From a virus (taxonomy: Duplodnaviria > Caudoviricetes), in the IMG/VR virus record IMGVR_UViG_2898133256_000001, positions 1 through 64,000 of that record: a DNA stretch of 64,000 bases. One strand, given 5' to 3'. The position numbers and the translations under genes were made by a program. Below, piece by piece: positions 45,447 to 54,080 of this stretch. Each line of letters starts with the position of its first letter. Positions within the stretch are counted from its first letter, which is position 1. The notes under the pieces are model-generated. The model was not told the DNA's origin, searched no databases, and was given only the letters and a program-made list of their open reading frames with translations.

Positions 45447-46502
45447 TCAGAGTCCAGATTTGAGTGCTTTGGTGGGGGTTGGGCCAAAGGGTTCAAAGTT
45501 CATTGTCGACATCAGTGTTGCTGCTTTGAGGCGTTTGGCGAACAGGAAGGGCATGAAGGCATCGCTGAAATTTGAGCGACGGGTGACAGGAAACAAGATG
45601 CGCCAGTGGGCGGAACGGCCGTATTCGGTAGGCTCATCGCGCTCGATGAAATCCATTTCGGAAAGGAGTCGCAAGTCTCCTTCTGTGTCTGCCAGTTGGA
45701 CCTTGCGGTTTACGAGGTCGTAGTTCACGCGAGCCGAACGGCCAGGCTCGAGTGTGGCTGATGTCTGGTCTATAAGCCAGCCATAGAGTTCTCTGGTTAG
45801 ACGAGGCAGGAAACTTAGCTTTGTAATGAATTCGTCCAGTCTGTCGCGGGCGTCATCCACGCTTGTGAAGAGACTTTCGGTCGTTTCATCACTGAAGAAG
45901 ATGGTTGCATCCGATCGGATTACTGTTGGCATGGGTTCGACGAAATCAGCGATTGTGGTCGCGTATCCGCCTCCTGGCAGTCGTGGTTCGAGTTCAATGC
46001 GAATTCGAGCCTGCTCGTTTGCTACCTTTCTATGAACGGACTGAAGCGTTGTAATGTCTAGGCCCAGGATCTCGCGGCCCAGGTCGGTCATGTCGACCAC
46101 ATTTTTGCTTGTGAAGTTCAGAGCTGAGGCGGCGTCCGGGTCAAGATCGTACTTTGCTTTCTTTTCCCCAATGATGAGCACGAAAACCGTCTTGAACTTG
46201 GTGCGCTGCTCGTCTGTTATCTTCTTTAGTGTGGAGTTGATCTTTGTGGCGTCCGAGCGTGAGGTGATTTGAAATGCTATCTTTTCTGTTTCGTCGCCAA
46301 GATCGAGCCCTGGCTCGTTGCTCCGATCTGCATTTAGGTTCGTGAGATTGATCCCACGAACAAGGTTCAGGACATCTCGGAAGAAGTTCTCAAGTACTCC
46401 GTTTAAGTCAGTTTGACCCAGCGCACACCGCGCTCTGACTTGGCTGGCAATGGCGTCTAGGTCGTCGATGACTTGGCCCACAAAGAAACCCCTGCTTGAC
46501 AT
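45447..46502 (-). CDS. SMEK-domain protein (nuclease-like, candidate defence moron)
   Basis: DLN..LENFF.D.LN......L.NLN....N.PG.DLGD....IA.QITS....KI..TL.K; GGAGG RBS; low GC. Confidence 0.8.
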   Translation of the reverse strand: MSSRGFFVGQVIDDLDAIASQVRARCALGQTDLNGVLENFFRDVLNLVRGINLTNLNADRSNEPGLDLGDETEKIAFQITSRSDATKINSTLKKITDEQRTKFKTVFVLIIGEKKAKYDLDPDAASALNFTSKNVVDMTDLGREILGLDITTLQSVHRKVANEQARIRIELEPRLPGGGYATTIADFVEPMPTVIRSDATIFFSDETTESLFTSVDDARDRLDEFITKLSFLPRLTRELYGWLIDQTSATLEPGRSARVNYDLVNRKVQLADTEGDLRLLSEMDFIERDEPTEYGRSAHWRILFPVTRRSNFSDAFMPFLFAKRLKAATLMSTMNFEPFGPTPTKALKSGL

Positions 46503-46750
46503 TGGTCCTCCAGGCCTGCATGGAATCGCCTACTCTATGATCGTTGCGATGGGACAGTATATGTTCTCTTGGTCTCGGGATGACAAGGTGTCCACCGCTC
46601 TTGCGCTACCGTCATCCGAATGGGTTGGTCCATGTTGATCGAGGTGATCATTCATTGGGCGCCGTTCGCTGGAGATAGCGACGGTTATTCCTAAGTCGAG
46701 GCCGCGCGAATCTTTCGGGTGATGCGAGTTGGTAGCGAACCGCGCTCCAA

Positions 46751-46779
46751 CGGACGGCGTCCACCGCCCGGGCGAAGAG
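46751..46779 (+). promoter_or_regulatory. Phage promoter-like motif, copy before gpL
   Basis: CGGACGGCGTCC-N10-CGAAGAG. Confidence 0.45.
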
Positions 46780-46865
46780 GGAAGGATGGACCACCACGCT
46801 CTTGTCGCCGCGCTTTTCGCTGCTTCTGCCTTCGGCGCCGCTACCGCGCGGGCAAGGGGCGCCTT

Positions 46866-47561
46866 GTGAGCATCGCCGAGGACATCCAGAAGTTGGAGCC
46901 AGGCGCCCTGGTGGAGCTCTTCGTCCTTGACGCGTCGTCCATCCCCGGAGGCGGCATCAGCCACTTCCACGCGGGCACTAACGGTCTGGGCGGGCCCGTG
47001 GTGTGGCAGGGCGCCTCGTACCAGCCCTGGCCCGTGCAGGCCCGCGGCTTCGAGAAGTCGGGCACCGGGCGCTTTCCCCGGCCCACGCTCACCATGGCCA
47101 ACCTCCAGGGCACGCTGGGGGCCCTCGCTCGGGACTGCAACGACCTGCTCGGTGCTCGCGTCATCCGCAAGCGCACCTTCGTCCGCTACCTGGACGCGGT
47201 GAACTTCCCCGGTGGCGTCAACCCCACCGCGAGCCCGTCCGAGGGCTTCCCGGACGACGAGTTCGTCGTGGATGCGAAGACGACGGAGAACAAGCACCTC
47301 ATCGAGTTCACCCTCGCGGCGCGGTGTGACCTGGAGGGTGTCCGCATCCCCCTCCGCGTCATCACCCAGATGTGCGGGTGGCAGTACCGAGGGGAGGGGT
47401 GTGGCTATGCTGGGCCTCCAGTGGCTCGGGCCGATGACTCGCCGACGTCCAGCCACATCGAGGACAGGTGCGGGAAGCGCCTCTCAAGCTGCAAGGCGCG
47501 CTTCGGGGCTACGGCCGTTCTTCCGTACGGGGGCTTTCCGGGCGTGGGATTGCTCCGGTGA
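46866..47561 (+). CDS. Lambda gpL-like tail tip protein
   Basis: VWQG..Y.PWP...GFE, RPTL..AN, RKRTFVRYLDAVNF, C.W.YRGEGCGY, D.CGKRLSSCK.RFG, GGFPG. Confidence 0.95.
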   Translation: MSIAEDIQKLEPGALVELFVLDASSIPGGGISHFHAGTNGLGGPVVWQGASYQPWPVQARGFEKSGTGRFPRPTLTMANLQGTLGALARDCNDLLGARVIRKRTFVRYLDAVNFPGGVNPTASPSEGFPDDEFVVDAKTTENKHLIEFTLAARCDLEGVRIPLRVITQMCGWQYRGEGCGYAGPPVARADDSPTSSHIEDRCGKRLSSCKARFGATAVLPYGGFPGVGLLR

Positions 47562-47655
47562 CGACTGCCCATGTCGTTCCAAACTAACGCCGAGCAGATG
47601 TACGCTTGGTTGTTTCGCAATGCGTCGGATCGAAAGCGGCCGCTGTACGCGGACT

Positions 47656-48237
47656 TCAATGTTGACACGGGCCGCCATGCTGAGCGAGCGACTCAGGAGT
47701 GGGCGGAGGACGGGACTCTATAGGTGTGGAGGGAAGAAGGTTCGCTGGTGTCTTTGGAGATGCTTCTACTGGTGTGTTTAGAGGTGGAATTGGTGGCTTG
47801 CCTACACGCCCGAGCACAACGATTCCAAGCAAGAGGTAGGCAGCGAACAAGAAGTAGATCTTCCCGTGGTAGGGAATTTTGATCAGCAGGCGTGCATTTC
47901 CAATTGGGATGACCTGCAAGTCCTTCTTTTCTGCTTGGTTTAGGTGATAGCCATAAATCTTGGCAGCAACTACGTACTGAAGAAAATCCAGCGCCAGGGC
48001 GACGACGACGAGAAAACAAGAAAAGAGCAACCCGCCCCGTAGTCCTCCGAGGCTCTGGTCTGCCACGACCCAAATGATTGCGACCGCTCCAAGAGCTAGC
48101 GTCCGAACGTTCTCGCTAGCCCGACCTGTATATGCGTCGTACTCCTTGGCAAGTAGGTCGACATCCATTTCTTCGCTAGCGTGTGGGGTTGCGCTAGTGC
48201 TGGGAGTAGATGGTTGCCCAGATGAGGGCGTGCTCAT
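47656..48237 (-). CDS. Three-TM membrane protein, last gene of AAA/S8 cassette
   Basis: ASENVRTLALGAVAIIW, LALDFLQY, KIYFLF; coupled by TGATG overlap. Confidence 0.75.
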   Translation of the reverse strand: MSTPSSGQPSTPSTSATPHASEEMDVDLLAKEYDAYTGRASENVRTLALGAVAIIWVVADQSLGGLRGGLLFSCFLVVVALALDFLQYVVAAKIYGYHLNQAEKKDLQVIPIGNARLLIKIPYHGKIYFLFAAYLLLGIVVLGRVGKPPIPPLNTPVEASPKTPANLLPSTPIESRPPPTPESLAQHGGPCQH

Positions 48238-48410
48238 CAGGTGCTCCTTCGCGGCAGTTTCTTCTTGGGCCCACCAGTTCGAACCTTGACTTTTTCGGCC
48301 GACTTACCGGTGGTTCTCTTGCCGAGAGCTCTTTTCTTCAGCGCAGGTTTCTTCGAGGTTCCTCTTTTTTTGACTGTCTTCGTAGGTGCTGACTTCTTCT
48401 TGGTCGCCAC
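48237..48410 (-). CDS. 57-aa Lys/Arg-rich peptide (absent from ORF track)
   Basis: AAAGGAG SD, GTG start, MATKKKSAPTKTVKKRGTSKKPALKKR...; stop overlaps next ATG. Confidence 0.7.
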   Translation of the reverse strand: MATKKKSAPTKTVKKRGTSKKPALKKRALGKRTTGKSAEKVKVRTGGPKKKLPRRST

Positions 48411-48505
48411 GCAATTTCTCCTTTGGGTGCTGTTTGGCTGGAAGGATGCAGCGTTGCTTTATTGCAGGGAAGTCATGCGGGGCTGGCCTGTTGATGCCGC
48501 GCCGA

Positions 48506-50881
48506 CTATGCGCTTGTTATGATACGAACAGGCAGGTGGGTCGCAATTGGGGATAGAATCCGGAACTGCTGTCGGACTAGGTCGTAAAGTGGAACGTTCG
48601 CGTCCGCGCGTATGGTTGCCACCATGGTCATATTTAGGGGAGGTACTTTCCTGGTGAGTCCTCCGTCGTCACGGCTTGTATGTATGAGGTCTAGCCGCGG
48701 CAGGTAGAGGTCAGAGGCGCTGAAGCGAACGCGACCCCGGAGGATTGTTTCCCATTTGCCTGCTGCTCGGCGGGAGCTCTCATGGCCAGATTTCAGCCGA
48801 TTTGAATGGGCTTTCGGAGCGTAGCTGATTGTCCATCCATCGAGGACTAGTTGTTCGGTGTCGATCTTGTCGAGCCTCACGTCCATGGATTCGTCTTTTC
48901 GTGTTGCAGAGCGAATCAGGTCGTGAGGTCGAAAGATTTCTTCGATACTGCTCAGTGTGTAGTCCGTCGCATCCGACGGGTCGATTTTGGATGTGAATGC
49001 TATCGTCCAATCGATTTCGATGGTTGTGAACTCGTCAATGCCGGTGCGTGGTACGGGCAGCCGCATTGCAACGACTTCGTCCCGTGCGAGCGTGTCTTGG
49101 TAGATGACGCTCACCTCATGTGGTGCGCATGCGAAGATTTCGTTGTATGAGCTAGGTATGCGGCCGAAGCCTAGTTCGATGGAATTGTGCCCGCGCTGTG
49201 CGCGCTCGGAAAAGTGGGCACTGAAGGAACGAATGGCTGAAGGGGTTGTTCGTTTCTTCCCTAGAATTGTGCCAAGTTGAACCGCTCCGCGCATCGCTAG
49301 TGGCGACGCAAGGCTTGTCCCTGCGGATTCGACGTAGCGGCCGCGCTGATCAAGTCCACCAAAAGGCAGTTCGTCACATCCGCCAAAGGCAACGCAAATA
49401 GGTTGAACACGCTGGCCAGCACGCCCTGGACCAATGGCGCTGTAGCTGGCTCGAACGGCTTTTTTGCCTGCGTGCGTGCTTGTCGCACCAATGGCCAGTC
49501 CGTTTACCATGTCGCCAGGGACTTGGACTCTATTGAAGCCGAGCTTGCCGTCTTCGTTGCCATTGTTTCCCGCAGCAAGGAAAAACGTAACGCCCAATTC
49601 TTCGGCTAGAGTGTCGAGCTGCGAAGTCCAGTAATGAGGGTCGCCGTCGTCAACAACTTCATCGGGACCGAGACTTAGGTTTACAAACTTGTATTTGCGC
49701 TCGCGGACTGTGTTCTTGATGGAGTCGAGGCATTGATACAGGCCGTGGTCGAATTTGGTCGACGGGGCAAGGGGAAGGACGCGAAAATGATCAACATAGG
49801 CTACAGGCGTTTGGAGGACTGTGTCGGTAGGCGCAATGTGGCCAAAGAGGAAAGCACTTGTTACCATCGAGCCATGTCTCATATCCTCACTTGTCGGAGC
49901 GGCCGTAGTTAGGTCTTCGGCCGTCACGAATGGTTGGAGGTAAGGACTCAGCTGATTAATGCCTCCGTCGAAGATCGCCACTCGCTCATTTGTAAGAGGC
50001 CGTGCATCTGCGGCTGGAGGAGTTGGTCTCTTAGAGGAGCTTGCAGTTCGTCGGAACGTCGGCCGATACGGTCGAATCGACGGCATCGGTCGAATGGCTC
50101 GCACGAGGTTGAATCGCGCGGCCTCATGTATTGCTTCCGCGTGAAGTGCGATGGGGACAAATATGACGCCGCCTAGTTCTCTACGGAATTCGATGTCAAC
50201 ATCTCCATCGAGGTCCCGTATGTGCTTGACCCAGCGTAGGAATGCCTCTGGTTCCAGGTCTGACCGCTCATTCTTGTTGCGCCCGATCGGATTGAGGACG
50301 GTCTCCCACGTGATGACTTCGCCATCTCCAAGAGCCACCTTAGGGGCTTTGACGATGTCGTCTGGAGTGGCCAAGCGGATTTCCGAGAGTTCGCGTAGCT
50401 TGCTCCATTCGGGGTCCTTCTCTCCAACGGGCCTGCGCATTGCTGCGTTCGCGAAGCTGAGGACGTGAGCGGGGTCGCCTGCAATTAGGATTGTCTTGGT
50501 TGGAGCGTCGTCTTTTTGTTTCTTCTTTGTTTTGAGGACGCCCGTTGCTTGGCGAGTTCCGACCGGATAGAGGCTATGTGCCTCAAGCAATGCAGTTGGA
50601 AAATATGAGGGCGCCAAGTAGTTTGGAAGCAGGGTTGCTTCGAAGACAATATGGCGCGCTCTTAATGCTTGTGGCATTTTCGTTACTGCTTTTGCTAGTG
50701 ACCCTGCCTGTGGTGCCAGCAGTGCATGAGCTTCGGCTAAAGTGTGTGGATGGAACTTGGGGCGACCGCCCTGCGCGATCGTGACAACCTCCCTTAGATG
50801 TTCCCCTCCACCCAATAGTGGGCGCCGAACTTCTGGGCCGCCGCGACCACCACTTCCCTTTCCATCATTGCTTTTTTCCAT
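48506..50881 (-). CDS. S8 subtilisin-like serine protease (IetS-like)
   Basis: IFDGG (Asp), HGSMV (His), AAGN, GTSLASP (Ser); no signal peptide. Confidence 0.92.
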   Translation of the reverse strand: MEKSNDGKGSGGRGGPEVRRPLLGGGEHLREVVTIAQGGRPKFHPHTLAEAHALLAPQAGSLAKAVTKMPQALRARHIVFEATLLPNYLAPSYFPTALLEAHSLYPVGTRQATGVLKTKKKQKDDAPTKTILIAGDPAHVLSFANAAMRRPVGEKDPEWSKLRELSEIRLATPDDIVKAPKVALGDGEVITWETVLNPIGRNKNERSDLEPEAFLRWVKHIRDLDGDVDIEFRRELGGVIFVPIALHAEAIHEAARFNLVRAIRPMPSIRPYRPTFRRTASSSKRPTPPAADARPLTNERVAIFDGGINQLSPYLQPFVTAEDLTTAAPTSEDMRHGSMVTSAFLFGHIAPTDTVLQTPVAYVDHFRVLPLAPSTKFDHGLYQCLDSIKNTVRERKYKFVNLSLGPDEVVDDGDPHYWTSQLDTLAEELGVTFFLAAGNNGNEDGKLGFNRVQVPGDMVNGLAIGATSTHAGKKAVRASYSAIGPGRAGQRVQPICVAFGGCDELPFGGLDQRGRYVESAGTSLASPLAMRGAVQLGTILGKKRTTPSAIRSFSAHFSERAQRGHNSIELGFGRIPSSYNEIFACAPHEVSVIYQDTLARDEVVAMRLPVPRTGIDEFTTIEIDWTIAFTSKIDPSDATDYTLSSIEEIFRPHDLIRSATRKDESMDVRLDKIDTEQLVLDGWTISYAPKAHSNRLKSGHESSRRAAGKWETILRGRVRFSASDLYLPRLDLIHTSRDDGGLTRKVPPLNMTMVATIRADANVPLYDLVRQQFRILSPIATHLPVRIITSA

Positions 50882-52070
50882 TCGACTGTGCCCCCGCTTT
50901 TCTCTTTGGCCTGAGGTCTTGCCCGCTGGTTGAGTTGGTGGTTGCCCAGTGCCGTATGTATTTTCCTACAGTGACGTGGGATACGTCTAGATGCTGCGCG
51001 ATCTCGCGCTGCGTCATGCCGAGCATGGCGTTGGCCAAGCCAGCATAGGAAATGCGTTGTGCCTCCGACCCGCGCTTCAAATAGTTCAGCGCGCGTGCTG
51101 TGAGAATCGGTGTCAGGTGTGGGTCATTTCCGACTACGAAATCTCGAATGGCTTCAGAGGTTAGTCTTCCTATGTCGGAGCCTGACATTCCGGTGGTCGC
51201 AATTGCAAGTGTGGTGACGTCTCCGTCAGCTAGCGACTGGTTGTGAGTTGCTAGCGTCCGTATGAGAATTGCGTGGCGAAGAGCGAGGTCTGGGAGGGGC
51301 AAGCTGAGAGTCCGTTCGAAACGTCGCCACACTGCTCGGTCGAGAAGTTCAGGATGGTTTGTCGCGGCAACGAGTAGCCCCGTTGGAGGCCACCGGTCGA
51401 TTTCCTGCAGCAGGACGTTGACGATCCTCTTTAGCTCGCCAACATCGCTGTCATCGTCTCGGCGCTTGGCGAGGGCGTCGAACTCGTCGAGAAAGAGGAC
51501 TGACCTGTTTCGCTGGCCGAAGTTCAGGGCTTGCCGCAAGTTCTGCCCAGTTTTCCCTAACAGGGAAGAGACTAGGGCCGCCAAGTCTACGGTGAAAAGT
51601 GGCCATCCGATCTGGGCAGCAAGGTATCTCGCCGTCATCGTCTTTCCGACCCCGGGGGCGCCCGTGAGTAGAAGTGTTCGAGTTGGCTCTAGCCCGGCGG
51701 CTTGGAGGACTTGTGGGCGCTTTCTCTCGGCTACCACCTGCTGGACCACTCGCTCGACGTCGTTCGGAAGGAACGGTGACGGAGCCTCATCTGCTTCGTC
51801 GACATGGACTAGGGGGAAGAAGGAGGAGTCATCGACGGGGGGCGATTCCCGACTGATGTGATGTGTGCGGCCATCATTTGAGCGTCGAAGACTCCTGGAC
51901 GGCTCCGACTCGCTCAGCAGAGGGACTAGAAGTTCACGGAGCCTGACCTCATCTGGGGACTGTTTGTCGGAAGCCTTGGTGAGCCGGGAGGCGAGGCGGC
52001 GGATGGATGCTTGGTCGCCTAGGAGTCCGAGCCGAACGAGGTCGGCGATCATCTGAATGAAGTCCGTCAT
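50865..52070 (-). CDS. AAA+ ATPase (IetA-like) with C-terminal HTH
   Basis: GAPGVGKT, LFLDEFD, ATNHPELLDRAVWRRF; MTQREIAQHLDVSHVTVGKY; start uncertain (52070 or 52127). Confidence 0.92.
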   Translation of the reverse strand: MTDFIQMIADLVRLGLLGDQASIRRLASRLTKASDKQSPDEVRLRELLVPLLSESEPSRSLRRSNDGRTHHISRESPPVDDSSFFPLVHVDEADEAPSPFLPNDVERVVQQVVAERKRPQVLQAAGLEPTRTLLLTGAPGVGKTMTARYLAAQIGWPLFTVDLAALVSSLLGKTGQNLRQALNFGQRNRSVLFLDEFDALAKRRDDDSDVGELKRIVNVLLQEIDRWPPTGLLVAATNHPELLDRAVWRRFERTLSLPLPDLALRHAILIRTLATHNQSLADGDVTTLAIATTGMSGSDIGRLTSEAIRDFVVGNDPHLTPILTARALNYLKRGSEAQRISYAGLANAMLGMTQREIAQHLDVSHVTVGKYIRHWATTNSTSGQDLRPKRKAGAQSNGKKQ

Positions 52071-52164
52071 TGGTAACCCTTGGTAAGTCCTATTACCAAT
52101 GTTCACATCGTGAGCATGAAGACGCAATGACGGCGGTGGTAACCGTCGGTCTTCCTACTTACCA
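52071..52164. promoter_or_regulatory. Two palindromic operator-like sites TGGTAA-N16-TTACCA
   Basis: 52071-52098 and 52137-52164, with similar spacers. Confidence 0.6.
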
Positions 52165-52211
52165 GGGATGATGGTTCTCCTGCCGCTCTAAGCGGGCACT
52201 CTAGTGGCGCG

Positions 52212-52240
52212 CGGACACGGTCTACCGGGTGCTCGACTAT
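52212..52240 (+). promoter_or_regulatory. Phage promoter-like motif, copy before gpK
   Basis: CGGACACGGTCT-N10-CGACTAT. Confidence 0.55.
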
Positions 52241-52278
52241 TGGAGTGGCTAGGTGCGCATCGATTCCGGAGCGTGTGA

Positions 52279-53010
52279 ATGTCCCCCGTAGTCACGCCCG
52301 AGTTCTCCTCGGCCGCTGTCGCCTCCGCTGTTGCGCATGCCCGCGCGGATTTTCCTCGCGAGTCCTGCGGGTTGGTGGTGCGCGTCGCGGGAGAGCTGGT
52401 CTATCGGCCCTGCCGGAACCTCGCTGCGGGCCAAGCCCACTTCCACCTTGCGCCAGAGGACTTCGCGAGCGCCGAATCAGCAGGCGAGGTGGTGGCGGTG
52501 GTGCACTCCCACCCTAACGCCTCCCCGGAGCCGAGCGAGGCGGACCGCGTGATGTGCGAGCGCTGGGGCCTACCCTGGCTCATCATCAACGTGCCGGTGG
52601 GGCACTGGCAGGTGCTGTACCCCTCGGGCTACCGCGCGCCGTTGCTGGGCCGGGAGTTCTCCCACGGCGTCCTGGACTGCTTCTCCCTCATCCGCGACTA
52701 CTACCGCGAGACGCTGGGCCTGGAGCTGCCCGACTTTGAGCGCCCCGACGACTGGTGGGCTAAGGGCGGGAACCTCTACCTGGAGGGCTACGAGAAGGCG
52801 GGCTTCGTCGACGTGACGGGCTCGCCGCTGCGCGAGCACGACGTCCTCCTCATGCAGCTCCGGGCGAAGGTGCCCAACCACGCGGGCGTCTACTTGGGCG
52901 CGGACGTCGTCCTCCACCACCTCCAGGCTTCGCTCTCCAAGAGGGAGACGTACAGCGGCTTCTGGGCACGGGTGACTCGGAAGGTTGTGCGGCATCGCAC
53001 CCTATGCTGA
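52279..53010 (+). CDS. Lambda gpK-like tail tip assembly protein (JAB + NlpC/P60)
   Basis: PRESCGL, VHSHP...PSEAD; LLGR.F.HG..DC..LIRDYY, PNHAGVY. Confidence 0.95.
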   Translation: MSPVVTPEFSSAAVASAVAHARADFPRESCGLVVRVAGELVYRPCRNLAAGQAHFHLAPEDFASAESAGEVVAVVHSHPNASPEPSEADRVMCERWGLPWLIINVPVGHWQVLYPSGYRAPLLGREFSHGVLDCFSLIRDYYRETLGLELPDFERPDDWWAKGGNLYLEGYEKAGFVDVTGSPLREHDVLLMQLRAKVPNHAGVYLGADVVLHHLQASLSKRETYSGFWARVTRKVVRHRTLC

Positions 53011-54080
53011 CGACGGTGGTGCTCGGCGGGCCCCTGGGAGCTCGCTTCGGGCGGGAGTGGAAGCTGGAGCTGGGAGTGCCCTCGCCCGCGGAGGCGGTGC
53101 GGGCCCTCTGCGCGGTGTGCGCGGGCTTCAGCCGCTACCTCGCGGAGAACAGCGCGCCCGGCTACCACGTCCTCGTCGGCGAGCGCGATGTCGGCGCCAA
53201 GGAGCTGGGCGTCGTCACGGGCGAGAAGCGCATCACCATTCTCCCGGCCCTGGCGGGCGCGAAGCAGGCGGGTGTCCTCCAGGTGGTGCTGGGCGCGGTG
53301 CTCATCGCCGGCGGCGCGGTTCTCTCCGTCTACGACTACGGCGCGGTGGGCGGACAGCTCATCGCCCTGGGCAGCAGCCTCGTGGTGGGCGGCGCCGCGC
53401 AGCTCCTCTTCAAGCCGCCCTCGGCCACGGGCCCGCTGGAGAAGCCCGACACCCAGCCCAACTACGTCTTCAACGGGCCGGTGAACACGCTGGCCCAGGG
53501 CCACCCGGTGGCCCTCTGCTACGGCGAAATGGTGGTGGGGAGTTGCGTGGTGTCCGCTGGCATCTCCACCGAGTGGAGCGCGGGCGGCGGCTTCGGCGGC
53601 TCCGGGAGTGGCCAGCACGGCCCGGGTGGGCAGGGGCCCGTGGGCGGAGGGTGCCCGGCGCCGTGGGTGCCCATTCTCCTCTCGGACGGCCGCGAGGTGC
53701 ACGCGGGTGACGTGCGCGTGGGCGCGTGGGTGCGCACCCAGGACGAGGTGACGCTGGAGTGGGGCGACTACCCCGTCTCCCACGTCTCCACCCTGGAGGC
53801 GGAGTGCTGGCGCCTGGTGCTGGAGGACGGCCGGGAGCTGGTGGGCACCTACAACCACCGGGTGCGCACGGAGGCCGACTGGGTGGAGCTGCGCCACCTG
53901 GACGCGGGCATGCGCCTCGTCGGCGAGCGACCCGGCGTGGTGGCCCGCGCGGAGGCGGCCGGGCGCGGCCCCGTGGTGCGCATCACCGTGGCGGGCGCGC
54001 ACACGTACCAGACGGTGGGCTTCCTCTCGCACAACACCAAGAACGAGGACCCGGAGCGGCCCCATGACGAAGCACCTTGA
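53004..54080 (+). CDS. Lambda gpI-like tail assembly protein fused to C-terminal Hint domain
   Basis: L.G.LG.RFGR, EAVRAL, Y.FNGPVNT.AQG.PV...YG...VGS.V.SAGI; then Gly linker, CPAPW...TYNH...LSHN-T. Confidence 0.92.
   Translation: MLTTVVLGGPLGARFGREWKLELGVPSPAEAVRALCAVCAGFSRYLAENSAPGYHVLVGERDVGAKELGVVTGEKRITILPALAGAKQAGVLQVVLGAVLIAGGAVLSVYDYGAVGGQLIALGSSLVVGGAAQLLFKPPSATGPLEKPDTQPNYVFNGPVNTLAQGHPVALCYGEMVVGSCVVSAGISTEWSAGGGFGGSGSGQHGPGGQGPVGGGCPAPWVPILLSDGREVHAGDVRVGAWVRTQDEVTLEWGDYPVSHVSTLEAECWRLVLEDGRELVGTYNHRVRTEADWVELRHLDAGMRLVGERPGVVARAEAAGRGPVVRITVAGAHTYQTVGFLSHNTKNEDPERPHDEAP

Noticed and set aside
47571-47723. 50-codon + strand ORF after gpL
   Set aside because: No SD, overlaps the 3' end of the antisense membrane gene, no recognisable motif
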